Assembly (NCBI GenBank): GCA_036525815.1
Contig: DATCZQ010000184.1
Coordinates: 39,803 to 103,802 of the forward strand
Direction of reading: 5' to 3'
From: Yeosuana sp.
Lineage (GTDB): Bacteria; Bacteroidota; Bacteroidia; Flavobacteriales; Flavobacteriaceae
Length of the DNA: 64,000 nucleotides
In this document: positions 50,459 through 60,252 of the stretch, in pieces
How positions within the stretch are numbered: the stretch's first letter is position 1
Layout of the letters: each line of letters begins with the position of its first letter
Notes under the pieces: generated by a model
Databases searched by the model: none
Told to the model about the DNA's origin: nothing
Seen by the model: the letters and a program-made list of their open reading frames with translations, nothing else
Position numbers and translations under genes: made by a program

Positions 50459-51503
50459 AACAGATATACTAATTATTGGCGCAGGACCAACGGGATTATT
50501 TACCGTTTTTGAAGCAGGATTATTAAAATTAAAATGTCATATAATTGATGCTTTACCACAACCTGGAGGTCAATGTTCTGAGATATATCCTAAAAAACCC
50601 ATTTATGATATTCCGGGATTTCCAGAAATATTGGCTGGTGATTTAACAAAAAATCTTTTAGAACAAGGAAAACAATTTGAGCCAGGTTTTACACTCGGAG
50701 AGCGCGCTGAAACCATCGAAAAGTTGGAAGACGAAACATTTATAGTAACTACCAACAAAGGGACCCAACATCATGCGCCGGTAGTGGCAATTGCAGGTGG
50801 CTTAGGCTCTTTTGAGCCCAGAAAGCCATTAATTGAAAATATAGCTTATTATGAAGAAAAGGGAGTAGAGTATTTTATAAAAGATCCTGAAGTTTATAGA
50901 AATAAAAAAGTAGTTATTTCTGGAGGTGGTGATTCGGCATTGGATTGGAGTATCTTTTTAGCTGATATGGCTTCTGAAGTGACGCTGATTCATAGAAGGA
51001 ATGAGTTTAGAGGCGCCTTAGATTCTGTAGAGAAAGTAAGCAAATTAAAGGCTTTAGGTAAGATTAACCTCATTACGCCCGCTGAGGTAACGGCCTTATA
51101 TGGGAATAAGAAGTTAGAAGGTATTACTATTACCAAAGAGGATGAAAAGATCTTATTAGATACAGATTATTTTATCCCTTTATTCGGTTTATCTCCAAAA
51201 TTAGGTCCTATTGCTAATTGGGGGTTAGAGATAGAAAAAAATGCCATTAAAGTTGATCATACTTTAAATTATCAAACCAATATACCTGGTATTTTTGCTA
51301 TTGGAGATGTCAATACGTATCCTGAAAAACTAAAATTAATTCTCTGTGGATTTCATGAAGCAACCTTAATGTGTCAAGCGGCCTATAGAATTATCAATCC
51401 TGGAAAAAAGTATGTTTTAAAATATACGACCGTAAGTGGAGTTGATGGTTTTGACGGAACTCGTAAAGAAGCCCCAAAAGTTGTCATTCAATCAATAAAA
51501 TAA
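50451..51503 (+). CDS. ferredoxin--NADP reductase, thioredoxin-reductase-like (YumC type)
   Basis: GAGPTGL, YPKKPIYDIPG, GGGDSALDW, HRR, FAIGD; no CxxC redox pair; ATG at 50451. Confidence 0.85.
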   Translation: MIKTDILIIGAGPTGLFTVFEAGLLKLKCHIIDALPQPGGQCSEIYPKKPIYDIPGFPEILAGDLTKNLLEQGKQFEPGFTLGERAETIEKLEDETFIVTTNKGTQHHAPVVAIAGGLGSFEPRKPLIENIAYYEEKGVEYFIKDPEVYRNKKVVISGGGDSALDWSIFLADMASEVTLIHRRNEFRGALDSVEKVSKLKALGKINLITPAEVTALYGNKKLEGITITKEDEKILLDTDYFIPLFGLSPKLGPIANWGLEIEKNAIKVDHTLNYQTNIPGIFAIGDVNTYPEKLKLILCGFHEATLMCQAAYRIINPGKKYVLKYTTVSGVDGFDGTRKEAPKVVIQSIK

Positions 51504-51547
51504 AGTTTTATTGCCTAATTTTGTTTTTCTGAACGAGATGTGAATCC

Positions 51548-52282
51548 ATGAAAAATTACAATATACGCTTAAAAGAGGATATAAAACCATTTACAAAACG
51601 CTTGTTTTATAACCTGTTTGATGAATTGGAAGAAGAAACTAAATATTTAAAAAATACTTTTTTAGAAATTTCATCAAAACTGTCTGTTGAAAACGCTGAA
51701 AATTTATGGGATGCGTTCCAAAAGCAGTTTTTAACCATAAGAAGGAAACTAGATTTAGATGCAGCCTCCTTTTTGAAAAATGATCCGGCTTCCACCTGTA
51801 TTGAAGAAGTTTATTTGGCATATCCGGGATTTTATGCCATTTCAATATACAGATTAAGTCATCAACTACATCTTTTAAAAGTCCCAATCATTCCAAGAAT
51901 GATGAGTGAATATGTGCATGGGATTACGGGGATTGATATCCATCCAGGCGCCACAATTGGGGAATCTTTTTTTGTTGACCATGGTACAGGTATTGTAATA
52001 GGTGAAACATCTGTTATCAAAAGTAATGTGAAGATATTTCAAGGAGTTACCCTTGGTGGTCTTCAGGTTAAAAAAGATATGCAGTCTACCAAACGTCATC
52101 CCACTATTGAAGATCATGTCACCATTTATGCTAACGCTACAATTTTAGGTGGCGATATTGTCATAGGTGCCAACAGTACCATAGGAGCCAATGTGTGGAT
52201 TACACAATCTGTTCCTGAAAACTCATTAGTTACCTACCAAACAGAAATTAAAATAAGACTCAAAAAAAATGGAATCCATTAA
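51548..52282 (+). CDS. cysE: serine O-acetyltransferase
   Basis: DPAS, YPGFYA, IDIHPGATIG, DHGTGIVIGET, KRHPTI. Confidence 0.93.
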   Translation: MKNYNIRLKEDIKPFTKRLFYNLFDELEEETKYLKNTFLEISSKLSVENAENLWDAFQKQFLTIRRKLDLDAASFLKNDPASTCIEEVYLAYPGFYAISIYRLSHQLHLLKVPIIPRMMSEYVHGITGIDIHPGATIGESFFVDHGTGIVIGETSVIKSNVKIFQGVTLGGLQVKKDMQSTKRHPTIEDHVTIYANATILGGDIVIGANSTIGANVWITQSVPENSLVTYQTEIKIRLKKNGIH

Positions 52283-53159
52283 AGGCATCTTAAGTCAAAT
52301 AGGAAATACCCCGCTAGTAGAAGCAAGTCATTTAATATCAAAAAAAGGGGTCAAGCTTTTTTTAAAATTAGAGGGGAATAATCCGGGCGGGAGTGTTAAG
52401 GATAGAGCGGCCTTTAATATGATTAACGAGGCGATTAAAAGAGGTGATATTAAAAAAGGAGGCTATCTGGTGGAGGCAACAAGTGGGAATACAGGTATTG
52501 CTTTAGCTTTTATTGCCAATCTTTTTGGGTTGAATATGATTCTTGTGATGCCTGAAAATTCTACTGAAGAACGTGTCAAAACAATGCGTGCTTATGGAGC
52601 CGAAGTTATTTTAACTTCAGGGGAAAAGGGCATTGAAGGCTCTAGAGATTTGGCCTTTCAATTAAGAGATGAAAAAGGATATACACTGTTGAATCAGTTT
52701 GAAAATCACGACAACTGGAGAGCACATTATAAAACTACTGGGCCGGAAATCTGGAAAGATACCAATGGAAAAATAACACATTTTGTTTCCGCCATGGGTA
52801 CTACTGGAACTATTATGGGTGTTTCTACTTATTTGAAGGAACAAAACAGAAATATTATTATTGTTGGAGCTCAACCAGAAGATGGTGCTAAAATTCCTGG
52901 TATCAGAAAATGGTCACCAGATTACATTCCTAAGTTTTTTGATAGGTCAAAAGTGGATAAGATCATAGAATTGAGTGAAATGGATGCTAAGGAGACAACA
53001 AAAAGGCTTGCTAGAGAAGAGGGGATTTTTGCAGGGATGAGTAGTGGAGGGTCCGTTTATAGTGCCTTACAAATAGCCGAATCAATTGAGAAAGGGGTAA
53101 TTGTCGCCATAATTTGTGATAGAGGTGACAGGTATTTATCGTCTGATTTATTTGATTAA
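52269..53159 (+). CDS. cysM: cysteine synthase B
   Basis: IGNTPL, NPGGSVKDR, ATSGNTGI, MGTTGT, IPGIRKW. Confidence 0.9.
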   Translation: MESIKGILSQIGNTPLVEASHLISKKGVKLFLKLEGNNPGGSVKDRAAFNMINEAIKRGDIKKGGYLVEATSGNTGIALAFIANLFGLNMILVMPENSTEERVKTMRAYGAEVILTSGEKGIEGSRDLAFQLRDEKGYTLLNQFENHDNWRAHYKTTGPEIWKDTNGKITHFVSAMGTTGTIMGVSTYLKEQNRNIIIVGAQPEDGAKIPGIRKWSPDYIPKFFDRSKVDKIIELSEMDAKETTKRLAREEGIFAGMSSGGSVYSALQIAESIEKGVIVAIICDRGDRYLSSDLFD

Positions 53160-53207
53160 TTTGGCAATTTTTTTCATCAAATACTGTTTATAGAATAAAT
53201 AATGTGT

Positions 53208-53215
53208 TATTTTTG
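53208..53215 (+). promoter_or_regulatory. -7 promoter box upstream of the second SAM riboswitch
   Basis: TATTTTTG matches TAnnTTTG, 29 nt before P1. Confidence 0.6.
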
Positions 53216-53243
53216 CTCGCAAGTTCATTAACGTATTAATATT

Positions 53244-53356
53244 GTTATCAAGAAAGGTTGAGGGAATAGACCCTGTGAAACCTTGGCAACCCTTTATTCT
53301 ATTAAAGAAGGTGCTACGTTCTACTGATATTTTATTTCGAATATTGGAAAGATAAC
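53244..53356 (+). ncRNA. SAM-I riboswitch upstream of metH
   Basis: GTTATCAAGAAAGGTTGAGGGA..CCCTGTGAAACCTTGGCAACC..GGTGCTA..GATAAC; followed by GAAAAGT/ACTTTTC hairpin. Confidence 0.95.
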
Positions 53357-53406
53357 GAAAAGTTTTTTTACTTTTCTTGATGATATATTGATATAAATAA
53401 TATCAA

Positions 53407-54411
53407 ATGTCAAACATACTACAAGCCTTACAACAACGTATTTTAGTGTTGGATGGTGCCATGGGCACCATGTTGCAGCAATATAAGTTTACTGAAACTG
53501 ATTTTAGAGGGGACCGATTCAAAGACTATCCAACTTCTTTACAAGGGAATAATGACCTGTTGTCCATTACCCAACCAGAAGCCATAAAAACCATTCATGC
53601 CAAATATTTTGAGGCTGGAGCGGATATTGTTGAAACTAATACATTTTCTGGGACCACCATTGCTATGGCAGATTATCAAATGGAAAATCTGGTATATGAA
53701 TTGAATTATGAGTCCGCTAAAATAGCTAGAGAAGTTGCTGATGAATTCACAAAAAGAGAACCAAATAAACCCCGCTTTGTTGCTGGATCTATAGGGCCAA
53801 CCAATAAAACCGCAAGTATGTCTCCAGATGTTAATGACCCTGGTTTTAGGGCAGTAACTTTTGATGATCTCCGTATTGCTTATAAGCAACAAGTTGAAGC
53901 TCTAATTGATGGTGGCGTTGATTTACTTTTGGTAGAAACAGTCTTTGATACCTTAAATGCAAAAGCTGCTTTGTTTGCTATTGAAGAGGTTAAGGAAGAA
54001 AGAAATGTGGATATCCCTGTAATGCTTAGTGGAACCATTACAGATGCAAGCGGGCGTACTTTATCAGGCCAAACAGCAGAAGCTTTTTTGATCTCAGTTT
54101 CACATATTCCATTATTATCAGTTGGTTTTAATTGTGCTTTGGGAGCGCATTTATTGCAGCCGCATTTAGAAGCTATTGCCAGCAAAACAGATTTCGCAAT
54201 TTCTGCCCATCCCAATGCAGGGTTGCCTAATGCTTTTGGTGAATATGATGAATCACCTGAAGAAATGGGAGCGCAAATTGAGGAATATCTAAAAAAAGAT
54301 TTAATCAATATTATTGGAGGCTGTTGTGGAACGTCTCCAGATCATATAAAAGTAATTGCCAGCATTGCTGCAAAATACAAACCAAGAAAAATATTGCAAG
54401 CTGCAATTTAA
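53407..54411 (+). CDS. metH: methionine synthase, homocysteine-binding module (split MetH, part 1)
   Basis: LDGAMGT, GFNCALG, HPNAGLP, IGGCCGT. Confidence 0.95.
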   Translation: MSNILQALQQRILVLDGAMGTMLQQYKFTETDFRGDRFKDYPTSLQGNNDLLSITQPEAIKTIHAKYFEAGADIVETNTFSGTTIAMADYQMENLVYELNYESAKIAREVADEFTKREPNKPRFVAGSIGPTNKTASMSPDVNDPGFRAVTFDDLRIAYKQQVEALIDGGVDLLLVETVFDTLNAKAALFAIEEVKEERNVDIPVMLSGTITDASGRTLSGQTAEAFLISVSHIPLLSVGFNCALGAHLLQPHLEAIASKTDFAISAHPNAGLPNAFGEYDESPEEMGAQIEEYLKKDLINIIGGCCGTSPDHIKVIASIAAKYKPRKILQAAI

Positions 54412-54417
54412 ATAGTT

Positions 54418-57093
54418 ATGAAAATCATTCAAACTAAATACATGCGTTTATCTGGACTGGAACCACTGGTCCTTAATGAAAACAGCAATTTTATTAATGT
54501 TGGTGAACGAACCAATGTTGCTGGTTCTCGTAAATTTTTACGACTTATTAAAGAAGAAAAATTTGATGAAGCCCTTGATATAGCTAGGCATCAGGTGGAT
54601 GGTGGTGCGCAAATAATTGATGTAAACATGGATGATGGCCTCATTGATGGCAAAGAATCCATGGTTCGTTTTTTAAATTTAATTGCTGCAGAACCCGATA
54701 TTTCGCGAGTTCCGATAATGATTGATAGTTCGAAATGGGAAATTATTGAGGCGGGCTTACAGGTAGTGCAGGGAAAATGTGTGGTTAACTCCATTTCTTT
54801 AAAGGAAGGGGAAGAAAAATTTATATGGGAAGCTAAGCAAATCAAACGGTATGGAGCCGCAGTCATTGTAATGGCCTTTGATGAGCTCGGACAAGCTGAT
54901 AATTATGAAAGAAGAATAGAGATAGCAAAACGCTCTTATGATATATTGGTTGATAAAGTCAACTTTCCTTGTGAAGATATTATTTTTGATTTAAATATTT
55001 TTCCAGTGGCTACGGGTATGGAAGAACACCGTAGAAATGCTCTTGATTTTATAGAAGCCACAAGTTGGGTACGCCAGAATCTACCCAATGCAAGTGTGAG
55101 TGGCGGTGTTAGTAATGTGTCCTTTTCTTTCAGAGGAAATGATGGTGTTCGTGAGGCCATGCATTCTGTATTTTTATATCATGCCATCCAGGCAGGCATG
55201 AACATGGGGATTGTAAATCCGGCACTACTTGAAGTATATGATGATATTCCAAAAGATCTTTTGGAAAGGGTTGAAGATGTTATTTTAGACAGACGTGAAG
55301 ATGCCACAGAGCGACTATTAGATTTTGCCGAAACTGTTAAAGGTTCTAAAGTTGAAAAAGGATTGGATTTGTCATGGCGCGAAAACACGCTTCAAGAACG
55401 TATAACACATGCCTTAGTAAAAGGTATAGATGCCTATATTATAGAAGATGTTGAAGAAGCGAGAATGCATGCAGAAAAGCCTATTGATGTCATTGAAGGG
55501 CATTTAATGATAGGAATGAATGTGGTAGGTGATTTGTTTGGAGCGGGAAAAATGTTCTTACCTCAAGTGGTAAAATCAGCCAGAGTGATGAAAAAGGCAG
55601 TCGCCTATTTAAACCCCTTTATTGAAGCTCTAAAAGGGGATAAACATGAACCCGTTGGTAAGGTTTTAATGGCCACGGTAAAAGGAGATGTGCATGATAT
55701 TGGAAAAAATATTGTGAGTGTTGTATTGGCTTGTAATAATTATGAAATCATTGATTTAGGAGTCATGGTACCACCTGAAAAAATTATTGAAACGGCGAAA
55801 AAGGAACAGGTGGATATTATTGGGTTGTCAGGATTAATTACGCCTTCTTTAGACGAAATGGTCTATTTAGCCAAAGAAATGGAACGTCAACAATTCACCA
55901 TTCCATTGCTTATTGGAGGTGCTACAACCTCAAAAGCACATACAGCGGTCAAGATTGATTCACAATATAAAAATGCTGTAGTTCATGTAAATGATGCCTC
56001 TAGAGCTGTAACAGTAGTGGGCGATTTATTAAATAAGAAGAGCTCTCAATCTTATGTAGCTGCCATGAAAAAGGATTATGACGCGTTTAGAGAGAAGTTT
56101 TTAAAACGAGGCAAAACAAAACAATATATTTCAATTATTGAAGCCAGAAAAAGGAAGTATCAGATTGATTGGAGTAAAACCAACATTAGTAAGCCAAAGG
56201 AATTAGGTGTTCAGGTGTTAAAACAAATCAGTCTGAAAGAGCTAGTACCTTTTATCGATTGGAGCCCGTTTTTTAGGAGTTGGGATTTACATGGTAAGTA
56301 TCCGGATATTTTAACCGATAATATTGTTGGGGAGCAAGCAACACATCTGTTTGAAGATGCGCAGGCAATGATTAAAGAGATTATTGCAAAACAATCTTTA
56401 AAGCCCAAAGCAATTTTTGGTTTATTTGAAGCCAATGCCATTCATGATGATGATATTGTCATTCATAAAAAAGGAAAAGAAATAGCCGTATTCAGAACTT
56501 TACGTCAGCAGTTAAGTAAAAGAGAGGGGGTTCCGACTATGGCTTTGGCTGATTTTGTGGCACCAAAGGATACGGGTTTAACCGATTATATGGGTGCTTT
56601 TTGCGTCGCTATTTTTGGAGCACAAGAATTGGCGACGACTTATAAAGAAAAAGAAGATGATTATAATGCGATTATGGTTCAGGCTATTGCCGATCGGTTT
56701 GCAGAGGCATTTGCTGAGTATTTACATAAACAGATAAGAACTAAACATTGGGGTTATTCATCTGATGAAAACCTATCAAATGAGGAATTGATAAATGAAA
56801 GTTATAAAGGGATCAGACCAGCTCCGGGATATCCGGCATGTCCTGATCATCTTGAAAAAGAAACTATTTGGAATCTTCTGGATGTTGAAAACAAAATAGG
56901 CGTCACACTCACAGAAAGTTTAGCCATGTGGCCTGCAGCAGCCGTTTCAGGATATTATTTTGCAAATCCTGAAGCGAAGTATTTTGGATTGGGAAAAATA
57001 ACAGATGACCAAGTAGTTGATTTTGCGGTTAGAAAGGGAATTAGTAATGATAAAGCAAGAAAATGGTTAAGCCCAAATATTGCTGAAGAATAA
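54418..57093 (+). CDS. metH: methionine synthase, pterin/cobalamin/reactivation modules (split MetH, part 2)
   Basis: [18 protein letters not shown] cobalamin motif, [21 protein letters not shown]. Confidence 0.96.
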   Translation: MKIIQTKYMRLSGLEPLVLNENSNFINVGERTNVAGSRKFLRLIKEEKFDEALDIARHQVDGGAQIIDVNMDDGLIDGKESMVRFLNLIAAEPDISRVPIMIDSSKWEIIEAGLQVVQGKCVVNSISLKEGEEKFIWEAKQIKRYGAAVIVMAFDELGQADNYERRIEIAKRSYDILVDKVNFPCEDIIFDLNIFPVATGMEEHRRNALDFIEATSWVRQNLPNASVSGGVSNVSFSFRGNDGVREAMHSVFLYHAIQAGMNMGIVNPALLEVYDDIPKDLLERVEDVILDRREDATERLLDFAETVKGSKVEKGLDLSWRENTLQERITHALVKGIDAYIIEDVEEARMHAEKPIDVIEGHLMIGMNVVGDLFGAGKMFLPQVVKSARVMKKAVAYLNPFIEALKGDKHEPVGKVLMATVKGDVHDIGKNIVSVVLACNNYEIIDLGVMVPPEKIIETAKKEQVDIIGLSGLITPSLDEMVYLAKEMERQQFTIPLLIGGATTSKAHTAVKIDSQYKNAVVHVNDASRAVTVVGDLLNKKSSQSYVAAMKKDYDAFREKFLKRGKTKQYISIIEARKRKYQIDWSKTNISKPKELGVQVLKQISLKELVPFIDWSPFFRSWDLHGKYPDILTDNIVGEQATHLFEDAQAMIKEIIAKQSLKPKAIFGLFEANAIHDDDIVIHKKGKEIAVFRTLRQQLSKREGVPTMALADFVAPKDTGLTDYMGAFCVAIFGAQELATTYKEKEDDYNAIMVQAIADRFAEAFAEYLHKQIRTKHWGYSSDENLSNEELINESYKGIRPAPGYPACPDHLEKETIWNLLDVENKIGVTLTESLAMWPAAAVSGYYFANPEAKYFGLGKITDDQVVDFAVRKGISNDKARKWLSPNIAEE

Positions 57094-57104
57094 AAAAGAG
57101 GTTA

Positions 57105-58061
57105 ATGAAAGTCACAGAACACATAAAAAAAGCTCAAGGAAAAACATTATTTTCTTTCGAAATTATTCCACCACAAAAGGGTAGAAACATTCAGGAATTA
57201 TATGATAATATAGAGCCACTAATGGAGTTTAAACCACCGTTTATTGATGTAACTACTTCAAGAGAAGAATATGTGTATATTGATAAAGGGCAGGGCCTTT
57301 TAGACAGAAAAATTACCCGTATGCGTCCCGGTACTGTGGGCATATGCGCAGCCATAAAGCATAAGTATAATGTGGATACTATTCCTCATGTGTTATGTGG
57401 TGGGTTCACCAAAGAGGAAACAGAATATCTTTTAGTAGATTGTCATTATCTGGGTATTGATAATGTCATGGCTTTGCGTGGAGATGCTATGAAACATCAA
57501 CAGTATTTTGAAGCTGCTGAAGGGGGACATACTTATGCCTCCGAACTGGTGCATCAAATGAGTGATTTAAACAAAGGTAAATATTTGCATGAGGTTGTTG
57601 AGTCAGATTATAAAACCAATTTTTGCATTGGAGTAGCTGGTTATCCGGAAAAGCATTTGGAAGCCCCATCATTAAACACCGATTTAAAGCGGCTTAAAGA
57701 AAAGGTAGATGCAGGCGCCAATTATGTGGTCACACAAATGTTTTTTGATAATGAGAAGTATTTTGAATTTGTTGAAAAGGCCAAACAGGCAGGAATCAAT
57801 GTGCCCATAATTCCAGGAATAAAACCTATTGCAGTCAAGCGGCATTTACAATTATTACCACAAGTTTTTAAAATTGATATTCCTGAGACCCTGATTCACG
57901 AAGTGGAAAAGTGTAAAGATAATCATCAGGTGCGTCAAGTAGGTGTAGAATGGGCTATTAAGCAGTCGCAAGAATTACTGAAAGCTGGAGTCCCTGTGCT
58001 GCATTACTATTCCATGGGAAAAAGCGATAATATAAAAGCCATAGCGTCACAGATATTTTAA
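57105..58061 (+). CDS. metF: 5,10-methylenetetrahydrofolate reductase
   Basis: SFEIIPP, ALRGD, AGYPEKH, VTQMFFD, HYYSM. Confidence 0.94.
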   Translation: MKVTEHIKKAQGKTLFSFEIIPPQKGRNIQELYDNIEPLMEFKPPFIDVTTSREEYVYIDKGQGLLDRKITRMRPGTVGICAAIKHKYNVDTIPHVLCGGFTKEETEYLLVDCHYLGIDNVMALRGDAMKHQQYFEAAEGGHTYASELVHQMSDLNKGKYLHEVVESDYKTNFCIGVAGYPEKHLEAPSLNTDLKRLKEKVDAGANYVVTQMFFDNEKYFEFVEKAKQAGINVPIIPGIKPIAVKRHLQLLPQVFKIDIPETLIHEVEKCKDNHQVRQVGVEWAIKQSQELLKAGVPVLHYYSMGKSDNIKAIASQIF

Positions 58062-58066
58062 TAAAA

Positions 58067-58092
58067 AAAGCGCATTTAAAAAAATGCGCTTT
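58067..58092. terminator. bidirectional intrinsic terminator after metF
   Basis: AAAGCGCATTT-AAAA-AAATGCGCTTT perfect stem between convergent genes. Confidence 0.82.
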
Positions 58093-58153
58093 GACTAATT
58101 CAAAAAAATAATTTTAAAATTTAAATGGTTGGTTAGGTTTTTTAAGGAAATTT

Positions 58154-58888
58154 TTATCTCAATTCAATACTAAAGTTATTTTGTCCACTTTTAGATGTAA
58201 TATTTTTTATAAAAAAATCATATTCTTCAGTAGCATCATTACATGATGATTCCCAAGTGTCAGGATCAGTATACAATGAATTGTTGATTTTAATGTTAGA
58301 ACCTTGAATAACAAAAGCTGAATCGTAAGGAGGGTTGCCTAAATCAGCGAAATAAATTGTTGCTGTTTCTCCCGTAGGTTCCCAAGTTACAGGATCATAA
58401 ATGTCTATTGTAAAAGAGAAATATGCAGCTCTCAAATTAACAGTAAATGTTCCAGTTTTATTTTCGATACAGTCATTTGAATAAATAGTATTCCAATTCC
58501 AATCTGTAAATGAAGCAGAAGGATTTTTGGATTTTGTAGAAAATTTTGCTGTTCCATCTGGCATCAGTTTTATTTGATCTTCTGTATTAGAGCTGGATAA
58601 CCAAAAAATGCCTTCAGGTGTTGCAAATGCATAATTTGATCCGTTACGAGTTTCTACAAATATTACACCATTTCCGTTATCTTGACCCTTTGAAAATTCA
58701 TTTACTTTAAGAGTTTTGTTAAGTTTGTTTTGAAATTCGACATTTAATAAAAGTTGTTTCATCACAATTGATAACGAAGTATCTTTTTCTAATTTTAAAT
58801 TTCTTTCTTGGGATTTTGCAACCTCTTCTGTAGAACAGCTAAAACTTAATAAAGCTAAGCCTAGGATAATTACTACTTGTTTTTTCAT
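58154..58888 (-). CDS. hypothetical lipoprotein
   Basis: MKK plus hydrophobic stretch plus LSFSC lipobox; 244 aa, beta-rich; no family recognised. Confidence 0.8.
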   Translation of the reverse strand: MKKQVVIILGLALLSFSCSTEEVAKSQERNLKLEKDTSLSIVMKQLLLNVEFQNKLNKTLKVNEFSKGQDNGNGVIFVETRNGSNYAFATPEGIFWLSSSNTEDQIKLMPDGTAKFSTKSKNPSASFTDWNWNTIYSNDCIENKTGTFTVNLRAAYFSFTIDIYDPVTWEPTGETATIYFADLGNPPYDSAFVIQGSNIKINNSLYTDPDTWESSCNDATEEYDFFIKNITSKSGQNNFSIELR

Positions 58889-59116
58889 AATGGATTAAAT
58901 TTTTAATTAGTGTTTTTCAACTAGTTGGTTTTACATGATTCAATATTAACTCACGATGGTTATAAATACAAGACATTTTTATTTAGTGACCATTCATTGA
59001 TTATTCGGTTTATTTAACGGTTTATTGTCTTGACCTTCGTCCGGTAAATCAGTTCGTTGTAAAATTTTAGTATTTCAATATTTTTTAAAGTATTATTGTA
59101 TAGATAATAGAATAAT

Positions 59117-59485
59117 ATGGATGCAAAATGGACTGATAGCACCATTATAGATCTTCAAAATGTTATCATTATTTCAAGAGATGATCCTGAACGGGTTTTG
59201 AAGTATTTGACTCAGTTTAAAGAATTGATACCTGAACGTATGGCTTATTTAAAAGAAAGTTTGCTGAAGGGTGATAGAAGGATGATACGGCAGATACTTC
59301 ATAAAATGAGTCCGCAATTACAATTTTTTGGCATCAAGAATATCACAACACCTATTCAACGTATGGAATTTGAATATCAGACCATGCCAGTTATGGAATT
59401 GGAACAATTAGTGAACAATATTATTGCTACATTAGATTTAGCAGTTAATGAAGTGTCTAAAATAATTGAATCAAATTTTGAATAG
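59117..59485 (+). CDS. stand-alone Hpt (histidine phosphotransfer) protein
   Basis: 122-aa helical protein with LHKMSPQL phospho-His motif, next to a hybrid kinase. Confidence 0.78.
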   Translation: MDAKWTDSTIIDLQNVIIISRDDPERVLKYLTQFKELIPERMAYLKESLLKGDRRMIRQILHKMSPQLQFFGIKNITTPIQRMEFEYQTMPVMELEQLVNNIIATLDLAVNEVSKIIESNFE

Positions 59486-60245
59486 TATCTCTCAATCTAC
59501 CAAAAACATAAAATGCCTTATTATTGATGATGATCCTTTTATACAGGACTTGCTTCAAGATAAGCTCACACACTATTTTCCAGAGATTCAAATTTTAGGA
59601 ATCGCCAGTTCCGGTAATGAAGGTATTGAGAGCATAAAGTCATTGCAGCCAAATCTTATTTTTTTAGATGTTGAAATGACAGATATGACTGGTTTTGAAA
59701 TGTTAAGCCGACTTAATAATATTGATTTTAAAACCATATTTATAACTTCCTATAACCATTATGCCATAAAAGCCATACGCTTTAATGCTTTGGATTATTT
59801 ATTAAAACCGTTTGATATTGAAGAATTAAAAAACGCCATAAAACGTTTTTGGAAATGGGAAAAATTAATCAGTAATACAGATCGTGTACCACTGGCATTA
59901 GCTAATATAAAGTCTGAAGACACTGATAATCAGGTTTTAACATTGAAAACACAGCAGGGTGTTTTACAGCTTAAACTAAAACATATCATGTATGTTGAAG
60001 GAGACAGTAATTATAGCATCATTCATCTAAACAAAGAGCGAAAGGAATTGGTATCAAAAACATTGAGCGATTTGGAGGATTTATTGGAAAACAAAGGGTT
60101 TTTTAGGTGCCATAAATCTTATTTAGTTAATAAATATCATATAATTACTAAGCCAAAACAATTTTCTCTGACATTAACCAATAATGTCACCCTTCCTATA
60201 TCTAGAAGAAAAAAAGAGATGTTTAAAGATTGGTTTAATCTATAA
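59466..60245 (+). CDS. LytTR-family response regulator
   Basis: IIDDD, FLDVEM, FITSY, YLLKP; LytTR YVEGDSNYS, FFRCHKSYLVN, ISRR; start codon uncertain (TTG). Confidence 0.92.
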   Translation: MNQILNSISQSTKNIKCLIIDDDPFIQDLLQDKLTHYFPEIQILGIASSGNEGIESIKSLQPNLIFLDVEMTDMTGFEMLSRLNNIDFKTIFITSYNHYAIKAIRFNALDYLLKPFDIEELKNAIKRFWKWEKLISNTDRVPLALANIKSEDTDNQVLTLKTQQGVLQLKLKHIMYVEGDSNYSIIHLNKERKELVSKTLSDLEDLLENKGFFRCHKSYLVNKYHIITKPKQFSLTLTNNVTLPISRRKKEMFKDWFNL

Positions 60246-60252
60246 AACAGTC

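Noticed and set aside
51516-51523. TAATTTTG as an internal promoter for cysE-cysM
   Set aside because: It matches the -7 box but has no -33 element; too weak to list as a feature.
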